A program made the position numbers and the translations under genes. A stretch of DNA of 64,000 nucleotides from an uncultured delta proteobacterium (GTDB lineage: Bacteria > Myxococcota > Myxococcia > Myxococcales > Anaeromyxobacteraceae): NCBI GenBank assembly GCA_963828255.1, contig CAWHDZ010000027.1, forward strand, positions 32,001 to 96,000, given 5' to 3'. Below the pieces are notes generated by a model. That model saw only the letters and a list, made by a program, of their open reading frames with translations. It was not told the origin of the DNA and did no database searches. This document shows positions 9,575-19,732 of the stretch, one piece after another (the stretch's first letter is position 1; each line of letters starts with the position of its first letter).

Positions 9575-10536
9575 CCAGCCCGGTCGGACAGGTCCGCAAG
9601 ATGCTGCTCCTCGTGCCCGAGGCCTGGCGCGCCGGGACGAAGGGGCTCCCGCTCGAGAAGGCGGTCCGCGTCACCGGCGCCCGGAGCGTGAAGGAGATCG
9701 AGCAGATCGTCGGCGCGCTGGGCCAGATGGAGTTCGGCCCTTCCCTCCCGGACACCGCGCTCCTCGTCTCCATCGAGGACGGGCGCGTCTTCGCCGACCG
9801 GGCCCTGCACCTCTCGACGCCGCCCCCGCTCTCGCTGCGCGAGGGGGCCGCGCTCCTGGCCGCGATCCGCCCCTTCGAGAAGAACGCCGGCAAGGCGGTG
9901 GCCAGCGCCGCGCGGAAGCTCAAGGGGGCCGTCCCGGAGCCCTTCCGCAGGACGGTCGAGGCCCTGGCCCGGGCCATGGACTACCCGGTCGATCCGCCCG
10001 GCGAGTGGGCCGACGCCCTCGGCCGGGCCATCGAGGGGCGGCTCGAGATCGCCGTCGACTACCGCGCCGAGGCGTCCGGGACGGTGGCCCGGCGCACGCT
10101 CGAGCCGCGGGCCGTCTTCCACCGGGACGGCCACTGGTACCTGGCCGCCTGGAACGTGGCCAAGGGCGAGGAGCACCTCTACCGGCTCGACCGGTTCGCC
10201 TCGATCGCCCTGGGCACGCGCTTCTTCGGGGATCACAAGGGGCCCCCGCTCGACCGGTTCCGGGCCCGCCACCTCTACTTCCAGTCGGGGGGCGAGCGGG
10301 ACGTCTCGGTGCGGTTCTCCGGCGAGGGGGGCGCGCTCGCGCTGGAGCAGTGGCCCGAGCGGTCCACGGAGAACCCCGACGGCTCGGTGACGGTGAAGGC
10401 CCGGCTCGCGCCCGGGAACTACCTCCTCGGCTGGGTGCTCGGCTACGGCGGGCAGGCCGAGGTGGCCGGGCCACCCGACGTCCGTGAATTGCTCAGGGCC
10501 CGCGTCGCGGAACTCTCCGCCCTGTACGCGGGATAG
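9571..10536 (+). CDS. WYL-domain transcriptional regulator, PafC-like
   Basis: GTGA overlap with upstream WYL gene; PPLSLREGAALL, HWYLAAW...LYRLDRF and WVLGYGGQAEVAGP motifs. Confidence 0.87.
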   Translation: MTSPVGQVRKMLLLVPEAWRAGTKGLPLEKAVRVTGARSVKEIEQIVGALGQMEFGPSLPDTALLVSIEDGRVFADRALHLSTPPPLSLREGAALLAAIRPFEKNAGKAVASAARKLKGAVPEPFRRTVEALARAMDYPVDPPGEWADALGRAIEGRLEIAVDYRAEASGTVARRTLEPRAVFHRDGHWYLAAWNVAKGEEHLYRLDRFASIALGTRFFGDHKGPPLDRFRARHLYFQSGGERDVSVRFSGEGGALALEQWPERSTENPDGSVTVKARLAPGNYLLGWVLGYGGQAEVAGPPDVRELLRARVAELSALYAG

Positions 10537-10551
10537 CGGGTCGGCCGCGCC

Positions 10552-11361
10552 ATGCGCCTGCACCTCGTGGACGGGACCTTCGAGCTCTTCCGGGCCCACT
10601 TCTCGAAGCGTCCCGCGCGGCTCTCGGACGACGGGCGGGACGTCAAGGCGACCCTGGGGCTCGTGGACTCGCTGCGCGCGCTCCTCCGCGACCCGGGCGA
10701 GGCGGTCACCCACGTCGCGGTGGCCTTCGACAACCCCGTCCGCTCCTTCCGCAACGACCTCTTCACCGGCTACAAGACCGAGGAGGGCGTTCCCCCCGAG
10801 CTCCTCGCCCAGTTCGACGCCGTCGAGGATGCCGTCCGCGCGCTCGGGGTGACGGTCTGGTCGATGCGGGAGTTCGAGGCCGACGACGCGCTGGCGACGG
10901 CCGCCTTCCGGTTCCGCGACCAGGTGGATCAGGTCCGCATCCTCACGCCGGACAAGGACCTGGGCCAGTGCATCTCCGGCCGCCGGGTGGTGCAGGTGGA
11001 CCGGATCCGCGCGAGGGAGATCGACGAGGAGGCCCTGCGGGCGCGGCGCGGCGTCGGGCCGGAGAGCATCCCCGACCTCCTGGCGCTGGTGGGGGACGCG
11101 GCCGACGGGATCCCGGGCATGCCGGGCTTCGGCGAGAAGACCGCGGCGGCGCTCCTGGCGCGCCACATTCACCTGGAGTCAATACCGGAGGACCCGGCGC
11201 TCTGGCCGCCCGGGATCCGCGGCGCCGCGCAGAAGGCCTCCGTCCTCGCCTCCGGCCGCGAGAACGCCCTGCTCTACCGGCGGCTCGCCACGCTGGCGCG
11301 CGACGTGCCCCTCGCGGAGACCCTCGAGGATCTCCGGCTGCCGCCCACCCGTCCTGTCTAG
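10552..11361 (+). CDS. Stand-alone 5'-3' exonuclease / flap endonuclease (PolA N-terminal-like)
   Basis: LVDG, VAFD, FEADDALA, DKDL and GDAADGIPGMPGFGEKTA (H3TH) motifs. Confidence 0.92.
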   Translation: MRLHLVDGTFELFRAHFSKRPARLSDDGRDVKATLGLVDSLRALLRDPGEAVTHVAVAFDNPVRSFRNDLFTGYKTEEGVPPELLAQFDAVEDAVRALGVTVWSMREFEADDALATAAFRFRDQVDQVRILTPDKDLGQCISGRRVVQVDRIRAREIDEEALRARRGVGPESIPDLLALVGDAADGIPGMPGFGEKTAAALLARHIHLESIPEDPALWPPGIRGAAQKASVLASGRENALLYRRLATLARDVPLAETLEDLRLPPTRPV

Positions 11362-11450
11362 CCTGCGCACGGCCCAGGCGCAGGCCGGTTCGCGGGGGGC
11401 GCGTCATCGGGCGTGCGGAGAGGCGGGCCCGGCGATAACGATCCCCCGAC

Positions 11451-12635
11451 ATGCGCTGGGTCTCCGCCCTCTCCCGCCGAGCCGACCTCGCCGGCGCCTT
11501 CGCCGAGGCATCCGCCGCGGTGGAGGCCGGCCTGGGCGACCGGCCCCCGGACCTGCTCCTCGCCTTCGCCTCCCCCCACCACGCGCAGGACCTCGAGGCC
11601 CTCCCCGCACTGGCCGGCTCGCGTCACCCGGGGGCGCTCCTCGTCGGCTGCACCGGCAGCGGCGTCATCGGAGGCGCCCGCGAGGCCGAGGAGGGCCCGG
11701 CGCTCTCCCTCACCGGCGCCTGGCTCCCCGGCGTCGCCTGCAACGGCTTCCACGTGGAGGTGACCTCGCTCCCCGACCCGGACACCGGCGCCGCCTCCTG
11801 GCACGACCTGGCCGGGGTCGGACCGCGCGCCCGGCCCAAGTTCCTCCTGCTGGCCGATCCCTTCACGCTCGACTCCGACGTCCTGGTGCGCGGACTCGAC
11901 CGGGCCTTCCCGCGCGCGCCCAAGTTCGGCGGGCTGGCCAGCGGCGGCCGGGCCCCCGGCGAGCACCGGCTCCTTCTCGGCGACGAGGTCCACCGGGGCG
12001 GCGCGGTGGGCGTGGCCTTCACCGGAGATCTCGAGGTGGACACCCTCATCGCCCAGGGCTGCCGGCCCATCGGCAGCCCCATGCTCGTCACCCGCTGCCG
12101 CGGCGGCACGCTCCTCGAGCTCGACCGCGGCAAGCCGCTCGAGGTGCTTGCCGAGATCTACGGCGAGCTCGACCCGCGCGACCGCGAGCTCATGCGCCAC
12201 TCCCTCTTCCTCGGGCTCGACATGCGCGAGGAACGGGTCGAGTACGATCCCGGCGAGCTTCTCGTCCGAAACATCGTCGGCGCCGACCCGGAGAGCGGCG
12301 CCCTCTCGGTGGGCGAGGAGCTGCACCCGGTCCAGGCCGTCCAGTTCGTCCTGCGCGACGCCGCGTCGGCCGAAGGGGAACTCCGCAGGATGCTCGAGGT
12401 CCGCCGGGACACCGGCGCTCCCCGGCCGGACGGTGCGCTCCTCTTCTCCTGCACCGGGCGGGGGTCCGGGCTCTTCGGACGGCCCGACCACGATACCGGC
12501 CTCTTCGAGGAGGTGCTGGGGCCCTCCGCGCTGGGCGGCTTCTTCTGCAACGGGGAGATCGGCCCGGTGGGCGGGACCACCTTCCTGCACGGCTACACGA
12601 GCGCCTTCGCCCTCTTCCGCGGAGTGAAGCGGTAG
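11451..12635 (+). CDS. FIST-domain signal protein
   Basis: GCTGSG, GGLASG, AQGCRPIG, FSCTGRG and GFFCNGEIGP FIST motifs. Confidence 0.92.
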   Translation: MRWVSALSRRADLAGAFAEASAAVEAGLGDRPPDLLLAFASPHHAQDLEALPALAGSRHPGALLVGCTGSGVIGGAREAEEGPALSLTGAWLPGVACNGFHVEVTSLPDPDTGAASWHDLAGVGPRARPKFLLLADPFTLDSDVLVRGLDRAFPRAPKFGGLASGGRAPGEHRLLLGDEVHRGGAVGVAFTGDLEVDTLIAQGCRPIGSPMLVTRCRGGTLLELDRGKPLEVLAEIYGELDPRDRELMRHSLFLGLDMREERVEYDPGELLVRNIVGADPESGALSVGEELHPVQAVQFVLRDAASAEGELRRMLEVRRDTGAPRPDGALLFSCTGRGSGLFGRPDHDTGLFEEVLGPSALGGFFCNGEIGPVGGTTFLHGYTSAFALFRGVKR

Positions 12636-12645
12636 GCCGTCCCCG

Positions 12646-15254
12646 TCATGGACCGAGGAGGTACTTTCCGAGAGCCACGTCGTGGGCCAGGACGTGGTAG
12701 CGGAACCACTCCGGGAGCCGGCTGGTCGCCCACCGGACGAACCCTGACGTGAGCCCGTTCCGTTCCAGCTCCGCCTGGAACCGCTTGGCGTCCGCCACGA
12801 AGAGGATGTGGGCCTCCTCGTGCCGGGCCCGGGACGGGTAGGCCCGCTTCCGCATGAGCGCGTTCTCGTGCTCGAAGTGCGCGGCGACGGCCTCGATCAG
12901 GCCGGCCATGACCGGGACCACCTTCGCGGCGTTCCCTCCCTGCAGGAGCTCGACGAACGAACGGAGGGCCTCGGCGAGCTCCCGGTGCTCGGCGTCGATG
13001 GGCCCGTACCCGGTGTCCATGTAGAGCGGCCTGCCGTCGCCGCGGCCGTCATCCTTCCCCTGCGCCTCCGCGGCAGCCACCACGTCCATGTCCACCCAGG
13101 CCTCGGCGCAGCGCACCCGGTTGCGCCCTCCGCTCTTCGCCTGGTAGAGCGCCTCGTCGGCCCGCCGGACCATGCTCTCCACGGTGTCGTCCGGGCGCAT
13201 CTCGGCGACGCCGAAGCTGGCCGTGATGGCGTCCACCGGCCCGAGGTGGGTCACCTCCAGGAGGGCCCGCAGCTTCTCGGCGAGACGGGTCGCGCCGGCG
13301 GCGTCGGTCACCGACGCGATCACGGCGAACTCCTCGCCGCCCCAGCGGGCCACGAAGTCCGACTCGCGGACCCGCGCCGAGAGCATGCGTGCCGCCCCGA
13401 CGAGCACCTTGTCGCCCACCTGGTGGCCAAATCAATCGTTCACCCGCTTGAAGTTGTCGAGGTCCACGAGGACCATGGCGAGCGGGTGGCGGAAGCGCCG
13501 GGCCCGCGCGAACTCGCGGGCGATCGCCTCGTTGAAGCCCTGGCGGTTCGCGATCCCGGTCAGCGCGTCGGTGTCGGCGCGCCTGGCCATCTCGCGGGCC
13601 CTGCCCTCGGTCTCCTTCTGCTTCTCGGCGAGCTGCGACTCGGCGCCCAGCTGCCGCTGCAGGATCAGGAAGGAGGCCACGATCACCAGGCTGAGGAGGA
13701 GCGTGATGAGGATGCCGAGCAGCCGGTTGGTCCCCCGGAGCATCTCCTTCTTGACGGCGACGACCGACCAGTCGAGGGAGGGCAGGGGCAGGCGCACCGC
13801 CACGTGGCGCACGCCGTCGATGCGGACCCAGCTGGTCCCGGCCGGCTCCAGGGCGAGGAGCGGCCTCGTGCCGGCCCCGGCCGGTCCATCCGCCGGGCCG
13901 GCGCCCGGCCACAAGGGCCGGCGCCCCAGCCCCCCGGCCCCGGCCACGAGCACCCGCCCGTCGTTGCCCACCAGGAAGGAGGTCCCGGTCCCCAGCGGCC
14001 CGAACGACTTCACGGAAAGTACGTGCTTCACCACCGCGACCCCCACGACCGTCCCTTCCCCGTCCCGCACCGGCTCGCTCGCGTAGTAGCCCGCCTTCCC
14101 GCTCGTCAGCCCCTTCCCGACGAACCGGCCCGGGGTTCCGGCCAGCGCGTCCCTGAAGTACGGGCGGGCCGCGTAGCTCTGCCCCAGGAAGGAGTCGGGA
14201 CGCCGGCGGTTCGACGCCGCCACGGTCTTCCCGGTCGTGTCGAGCAGGTAGGCGACGTGCTCCTCGGTCGGACCGGCGACCGAGTCCACGACGTCGTCGA
14301 GCCGGGGCAATCCCCCCGGGCGATGGCGCCGGCGAGATCGAACCGGGCGATGAACCTCACGGCGGTCCGGGCGGCGTCGCCCGTCGCCTCCATCTCCATG
14401 ACCAGGTGATCCTGGACCTGGGCGGCGTCGGCCTCGGCGTCGGCCGCCAGGTCCAGGTCGTGCTGGCGCCCGAGCTCGTTCGTGAAGGCCCAGCCCCCCC
14501 CGAGGACGATGATCAGCGTGACCGCAGCGAGCCAGAAGAAGCGCCAGCGCTTGCGGACGACGCGACCCTGGGTGTCGAGCGAGGTCGCGAAGGCCCAGAC
14601 GCCGAGCGCCGCTCCGCCGACCGCCGTGGCGCGCAGGAGCTGGACCGGGACACCGGTGACCCTGAAGAACGCGTCGACGGTCGGCCAGCCGTGGGGAACG
14701 AGCGGCGCGGCCGGGAGCACGAGGCCCGCCGCGATGCCGTATCCGGCCATGCAGAATCCCGCCCAGGCCAGCGCACCTCGGGCCTCGCTCCCGGACGCCC
14801 CCTTGCGCCGGGAGGCCCTGGCCAGCGTGGCCCCCGCCCAGAAGGTCGCCGGGATGGCGAGGAAGACCCGGGTCGCCGCGTCGAGGTTCTCGATCCCCCA
14901 GAGGAGCGCGACGCCGACCGGCAACGCTCCGGCCACCCAGGTGAGCCAGCGGCCCGGCCCGGATCCCGCGATCAGGGCGTGGGCCCGCCGGGCGAACTCG
15001 AAAAGCAGAAGGTAGCTCCCGAGCAGGAGCAGCGTCACCACGAACGCGAGCGCCGGGCGGTCCCCGCTCGAGAGCTCGGCGAGGTGCAGCCACTCGACGA
15101 TCCCGTGGGCATAGGCGAATGCCGCAAACCAGCCCCAGGGGAGACGGTCGGGATCGGAACGCGAGATGGAGGTCGCCACCGAGCCCAGCAGGATGAGGGC
15201 GAGCCCGTAGGCGAAGTAGACGAAGTCGAGCTGGGATGTGAGGAACTCGGCCAT
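12646..15254 (-). pseudogene. Disrupted membrane sensor diguanylate cyclase (multi-TM, Cache-like, GGDEF, hemerythrin)
   Basis: Three ORF pieces join into about 869 codons; 1-nt frameshift near 14310; in-frame TGA at 13432-13434 (NFKRVND*FGHQVGD); GGEEF motif; hemerythrin IDAEH..HFEHE..HEEAH..HVLAHD. Confidence 0.85.
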
Positions 15255-15418
15255 CGCGGACCCGGCTGGTGCACGCCCCGGACTCGGGCAACTGCACCTG
15301 CATCGTCGGCCCTATCTTGGGGACTTCAAAGCAATTTCCCGCTTCAGTCGGTTCCCTCCACGACCCGGAGCCGTGGCGACCATTGGCTCCACCCACCCAC
15401 CGCGCCGCACAGCGGGCC

Positions 15419-15559
15419 ATGACAGCGCCCATCGCGACATGGATCCATCGGGCCATGACCTCCATGTTCATCTTCACCGGTGGTGCAGTCGGCGTCCTTC
15501 TCGTCTCCTTCATCGTGGCCGAGGTGCGGGACGCGGCCCGCACGCGCCGCTTCCGCTGA
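15419..15559 (+). CDS. Small single-TM protein (46 aa)
   Basis: Hydrophobic MFIFTGGAVGVLLVSFIV followed by a basic tail; GC3-rich codons. Confidence 0.55.
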   Translation: MTAPIATWIHRAMTSMFIFTGGAVGVLLVSFIVAEVRDAARTRRFR

Positions 15560-15576
15560 GAGGCCCGGGAGACGGC

Positions 15577-17079
15577 CTACCCGCTGGTCGGCATGGCCAG
15601 CGTGGGGCGGCTCCCCTCCCCGGTCGAGGGCCACCGGCTCGTGACCGCCTTGGTGCGCGTGTAGAACTTCACGCCCTCCATGCCGTGGACATGAAGGTCG
15701 CCGAAGAGCGACTGCTTCCAGCCGCCGAACGAGAAGAAGGCCATGGGCACGGGGATGGCGACGTTCACGCCCACCATCCCCACCTGGACCTCGTGCTCGA
15801 AGCGCTGGGCCGCGGCGCCCGAGCCGGTGAAGATGGCCGTCCCGTTGCCGTGCGGGTTCCGGTTCACGAGCCCGATGGCCTCGTCGAGGGTGGTCGCCCG
15901 CACCACCACCAGAACCGGACCGAAGATCTCCTCCCGGTACACGGTCATCGCCGGGGTGACGTGGTCGAGCAGCGTGGGGCCGAGGAAGAAGCCCCCCTCC
16001 CCGCCCGGCACGCGCAGCGCGCGCCCGTCGAGGACGGCCTGGGCGCCCTCCGCCACACCCGCGGCGACGATCCCGCGGATGCGCTCCCGGTGCCCGGCGG
16101 TGACGAGCGGCCCCATCTCCACGCCGGCCTGGGTGCCCGGTCCCACGCGCAGCGCCGCCGCCTTCTCCCGCAGCCGGGCCACGAGCGGCCCGGCGACGTC
16201 GCCCACCGCGACCACCACCGAGATGGCCATGCAACGCTCGCCGGCCGAGCCGTAGCCCGCGCCGATGAGCGCGTCCGCCGTGAACTCCAGCTCGGCGTCC
16301 GGGAGGACCACCGCGTGGTTCTTGGCGCCCCCCAGCGCCTGCACCCGCTTCCCGGTGCGCGCCGCCGTCTCGTAGACGTGCCTGGCGATGGGCGTCGAGC
16401 CGACGAAGGAGACCGCGTTCACGTCGGGGTGGGCGAGGATGGCGCCGACCGCCTCCGCGTCGCCCGGCACGACGTTGAGGACGCCCTCCGGCAGCCCGGC
16501 CTCGTGGAAGATGCGGGCCATGGCGAGCGCCGTGGACGGGACCTTCTCCGAGGGCTTCAGCACGAAGGTGTTGCCGCAGGCGATGGCCACCGGGAACATC
16601 CAGAGGGGCACCATGGCCGGGAAGTTGAAGGGGGTGATGCCGGCGCAGACGCCCACCGGCTGCAACACGGAGTGTGAATCGACCCCCCGCGCCACGTCCT
16701 CGGCCCACTCTCCCTTGAGGAGGTGGGGCGCCCCGCTCGCGAACTCCACCACCTCGATGCCGCGCTGGACCGACCCGGCCGCGTCGGGGAGCGTCTTGCC
16801 GTGCTCCTGGGTCACGAGGCGGGCCAGCTCGTCCCGGTTGGCCTCGAGCAGCTCGCGGAAGCGCGCCAGGATCCGGGCGCGCCGGAGCGGCGGGGTGTCG
16901 CGCCAGCCGGGGAGCGCCGCCCGGGCCGCCGCCACCGCCAGTCCGACCTCGGCGACGCTCGCGAAGGGGGCGCGCCGGGTCACCTGGCCGGTGGACGGGT
17001 CGAAGACCTCGCCGCTTCGGCCGCTCTGCGAGGGGACTTCCTTGCCACCGATCCAGAGGGGGAGGACGGGCACGGTCAT
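15577..17079 (-). CDS. mmsA: CoA-acylating methylmalonate-semialdehyde dehydrogenase
   Basis: ITPFNFPAMVPLWMFP, ALGGAKNH, GSAGERCMA and FGGWKQSLFGD motifs. Confidence 0.93.
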   Translation of the reverse strand: MTVPVLPLWIGGKEVPSQSGRSGEVFDPSTGQVTRRAPFASVAEVGLAVAAARAALPGWRDTPPLRRARILARFRELLEANRDELARLVTQEHGKTLPDAAGSVQRGIEVVEFASGAPHLLKGEWAEDVARGVDSHSVLQPVGVCAGITPFNFPAMVPLWMFPVAIACGNTFVLKPSEKVPSTALAMARIFHEAGLPEGVLNVVPGDAEAVGAILAHPDVNAVSFVGSTPIARHVYETAARTGKRVQALGGAKNHAVVLPDAELEFTADALIGAGYGSAGERCMAISVVVAVGDVAGPLVARLREKAAALRVGPGTQAGVEMGPLVTAGHRERIRGIVAAGVAEGAQAVLDGRALRVPGGEGGFFLGPTLLDHVTPAMTVYREEIFGPVLVVVRATTLDEAIGLVNRNPHGNGTAIFTGSGAAAQRFEHEVQVGMVGVNVAIPVPMAFFSFGGWKQSLFGDLHVHGMEGVKFYTRTKAVTSRWPSTGEGSRPTLAMPTSG

Positions 17080-17118
17080 GGGACCGACATCCTAGCGCAG
17101 GCGCGCTATCCTCCGGCG

Positions 17119-17562
17119 GTGACCGACACCGCACGCCGCATCCCGCACGTCTTCCCCCGCAGCGAGCTGGCCTGGCTGCTCGCCCCCACCTACGCCGACT
17201 CGCTCGCCGTGGACGAGGAGATCGCCGTCGAGCGGCTCGGGCGCGCGCTCCAGAACCCGGAGATCCTGGCCGGGCTCCACGCGGCGCTCGCCGCCGCCCT
17301 GGAGGACACGCGGGGCCCCCGGACCGACTCCGAGGCCCAGATCGACCGGATCTCGAAGCGGCTCCAGACCCGCCGTTCCCGGGTCAAGCCGGCCGCCTCC
17401 ACGCCGGCGGTCTCTGCGGTCATGATCTGGCTGAACCTCGCCATCGGGATGGCGCCCGAGTCGATGCGGGAAACCCTCTCGACCGGCAAGGGCGCGGCCA
17501 TGCTCGCGACCGGCCTCCGCGAGGTGGCCGCGAGCATGGTGAAGGATTTGTCGCGCGGCTGA
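17119..17562 (+). CDS. Hypothetical helical protein (147 aa)
   Basis: Coding-like codon bias from GTG 17119; fills the gap between mmsA and rubrerythrin. Confidence 0.65.
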   Translation: MTDTARRIPHVFPRSELAWLLAPTYADSLAVDEEIAVERLGRALQNPEILAGLHAALAAALEDTRGPRTDSEAQIDRISKRLQTRRSRVKPAASTPAVSAVMIWLNLAIGMAPESMRETLSTGKGAAMLATGLREVAASMVKDLSRG

Positions 17563-17590
17563 GCGCGGGAGGACCGGGCGCGGAGGCCGG

Positions 17591-18091
17591 CTACCCGACC
17601 TTCACGTACTTGCTCCGCGGCGCCCCGCAGATGGGGCACTTCTCCGGCGGCTCCCCGAACTCGACGTCGCCGCAGGCCGGGCAGAGGTAGACGTCCATCC
17701 TCGAGAGGTCCTTGCCGGACTCGAGCGCCGCGAGCGCCTCGGCGAAGAGCCGGGCGTGGACCTTCTCCGCCTCGTTGGCGAACCCGAGCATGGTCCTGGC
17801 CCGGTGCCCCTCTGCCTTGGCCTGCTCCACCATGGGCGGGTACATCTCGGTGTACTCGTAGGTCTCTCCGGCCACGGCGGCCTTCAAATTCTCGAGCGTG
17901 GTTCCCACGCCGCCCATGTTGCGCAGGTGGGCGTGGGCGTGGATGGTCTCGGCGTCGGCCGCGGCGCGGAAGAGCCGGGCGATCTGCCCGTAGCCCTCCT
18001 TCTCGGCGGCCTGTGCGAAGGCGAGGTACTTGCGGTTGGCCTGGCTCTCGCCGGCGAACGCGACGGCGAGGTTCTCCTGGGTGGTGGGCAT
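17591..18091 (-). CDS. Rubrerythrin
   Basis: AFAGESQANRKY, ETIHA, ETYE and EKVH diiron ligands; CPAC...CPIC rubredoxin-like domain. Confidence 0.93.
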   Translation of the reverse strand: MPTTQENLAVAFAGESQANRKYLAFAQAAEKEGYGQIARLFRAAADAETIHAHAHLRNMGGVGTTLENLKAAVAGETYEYTEMYPPMVEQAKAEGHRARTMLGFANEAEKVHARLFAEALAALESGKDLSRMDVYLCPACGDVEFGEPPEKCPICGAPRSKYVKVG

Positions 18092-18156
18092 GCAGCGACC
18101 TCTACCGTTCCCGGCAGAGGCCGCCCATGATCCCGGTCATTTCACCGCAACTGCCA

Positions 18157-18855
18157 TCAGGTCCGGAGGAAGCTCCGCGAGAGGGCCTTCCACTGTGCGT
18201 CGGTGAGGAGCGTGTCCGGTGAACCGACGAGCTCGCCGCCGTCCGCGGCCGCCATGCCCAGCTGGTCCTCGTAGAACCGCGTCAGCCGCTCCCCCTCCGC
18301 GCGCAGCCAGCTGCGGGCCCGCTCCCCGGCCGGGAGGGACTTCCACTCCAGGCCGATCGGCTCGATGGCGAAGAGCCACCCGTTGCCGTAGTTCTCGCTC
18401 TTGGCCAGGGTGGGCTCCCGGAGCACCTCCGGGTTCACCGCCACGATGCGCCCGGAGGCGGGCGCCGCCACCTGCACCTCGCGGTCGCCGCAGGAGAGCG
18501 TCGCCACCGGCTCCCCTTCCTTCACGAACTGCCCGGTCCGGGGCATCTCCACGGCCACGGTCCAGGGGAGGATGCGCTGGGCCAGGTCGTCGAGCCCGAC
18601 CTTGAGGGAGCCGCCCTCCGACTTCACCCAGGTGTGGCCCGGGGAGTAGGCGAGCCCACCGCGGAAGCGCAGGCTGCCCGCCGAGCGGTAGCCCTGCATC
18701 CACATCCGCACCGCGCCGAAGACCTTCCCGGCGCCCAGCACGAGCATCACGGGCGCCAGCAGCACGAGGGCGATGACGACCACGAGGCCGAGGCGGGTGG
18801 CCAGGCCGGCCAGGAAGACTCCAACGGTGGTCAGGGTGTCGATGAAGGCGGTCAT
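18157..18855 (-). CDS. Membrane-anchored GcvH-like protein without canonical lipoyl-Lys
   Basis: N-terminal TM; YSPGHTWV, VGLDD, APASGRIVAVN and YGNGWLF H-protein motifs. Confidence 0.8.
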   Translation of the reverse strand: MTAFIDTLTTVGVFLAGLATRLGLVVVIALVLLAPVMLVLGAGKVFGAVRMWMQGYRSAGSLRFRGGLAYSPGHTWVKSEGGSLKVGLDDLAQRILPWTVAVEMPRTGQFVKEGEPVATLSCGDREVQVAAPASGRIVAVNPEVLREPTLAKSENYGNGWLFAIEPIGLEWKSLPAGERARSWLRAEGERLTRFYEDQLGMAAADGGELVGSPDTLLTDAQWKALSRSFLRT

Positions 18856-18865
18856 GGCGGTCTCC

Positions 18866-19567
18866 TCACTCCTGCGTCCTGAAGAACTCCCGTGCGATCT
18901 CGTCCCAGTGCTCGGCGTCCAGCTCGCGTGCCATGCCGTGGAGCGGCGCACCGCCGTCGTGCATCGCCGGGGCGAGCGCCATCTCCGGCGCGAGCCGCAT
19001 GGTGAGCTTCCGTCCCTGCTCCTCCACCCAGTTCCTGGCGGCGTCGCCGGTGAGCAACTGGGCGGCGTTCTTGGCCCAGCGGGTGGGGCGCACCTTGAAG
19101 AGCCAGCCGTCGCCGTACGGCGTCGAGCCGTCGCGCGCCATGGCCGGGTTCGCGGCCACCACCTCGCCGTCCACCGGGGAGAGCAGCCCCACGCTCTTGC
19201 CGCCGGCCTCGAGCCTCACGGCAGCCGCGCCCTGCTCCACCATGCTGCCGGTCCTGGGCAGGTCGATCCCGTCCAGGGCGCCGATCATCCGGTGTCCGAG
19301 GTCGTCGAGCCCGACCGCGACGGTGCCGTCCTCCTCCATGCGCGCCCAGGTGTGCCCCGGGTGCAGCGCCACGTCGGCAGGGACCTCGAACCATCCGGCG
19401 GTGACGGCGCGGGGCAGCTCGGCCGCCTTGGCGACCACCGCCTTCGCGGCTTCCTGCCCGCCGTGGATGAAGCGCCAGAATCCGACGAAGAGGATGAGGT
19501 AAGCGACGGCCAGTCCGTACTCGACCAGCTTTGCGGAGTATCCGGTGAGGAATTCGTTTCCGTGCAT
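18866..19567 (-). CDS. Second membrane-anchored GcvH-like protein
   Basis: TM segment YGLAVAYLILFVGFW; HPGHTWA, VGLDD, SPVDGEVVAAN and PYGDGWLF motifs. Confidence 0.8.
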   Translation of the reverse strand: MHGNEFLTGYSAKLVEYGLAVAYLILFVGFWRFIHGGQEAAKAVVAKAAELPRAVTAGWFEVPADVALHPGHTWARMEEDGTVAVGLDDLGHRMIGALDGIDLPRTGSMVEQGAAAVRLEAGGKSVGLLSPVDGEVVAANPAMARDGSTPYGDGWLFKVRPTRWAKNAAQLLTGDAARNWVEEQGRKLTMRLAPEMALAPAMHDGGAPLHGMARELDAEHWDEIAREFFRTQE

Positions 19568-19599
19568 GGCGGACCCTGTGGTGGCGGCGGCGGGTGGTG

Positions 19600-19668
19600 C
19601 TACGGGATGCGGTTGAGGAAGGCGATGACGACGAGTCCGACGACTGCGAAGGCGGTGGCGGCGATCAT
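19600..19668 (-). CDS. 22-aa hydrophobic microprotein MIAATAFAVVGLVVIAFLNRIP
   Basis: AGGAG RBS 6 nt upstream of ATG; first ORF after the putative sigma54 promoter. Confidence 0.55.
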   Translation of the reverse strand: MIAATAFAVVGLVVIAFLNRIP

Positions 19669-19732
19669 GGCGTGCTCCTGCTGGTGGTTCGGTTTGCTCC
19701 CGGTGGACCTTGCTTCGTCTGTTGAGTGCTTT

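Noticed and set aside
13432..13434. In-frame TGA read as selenocysteine
   Set aside because: The position is a variable non-Cys site in GGDEF domains, there is no convincing SECIS, and the gene has a second lesion
18157..19567. Annotation as a functional glycine cleavage system
   Set aside because: Canonical lipoyl-Lys is absent, TM anchors are present, and no P, T or L protein genes are nearby
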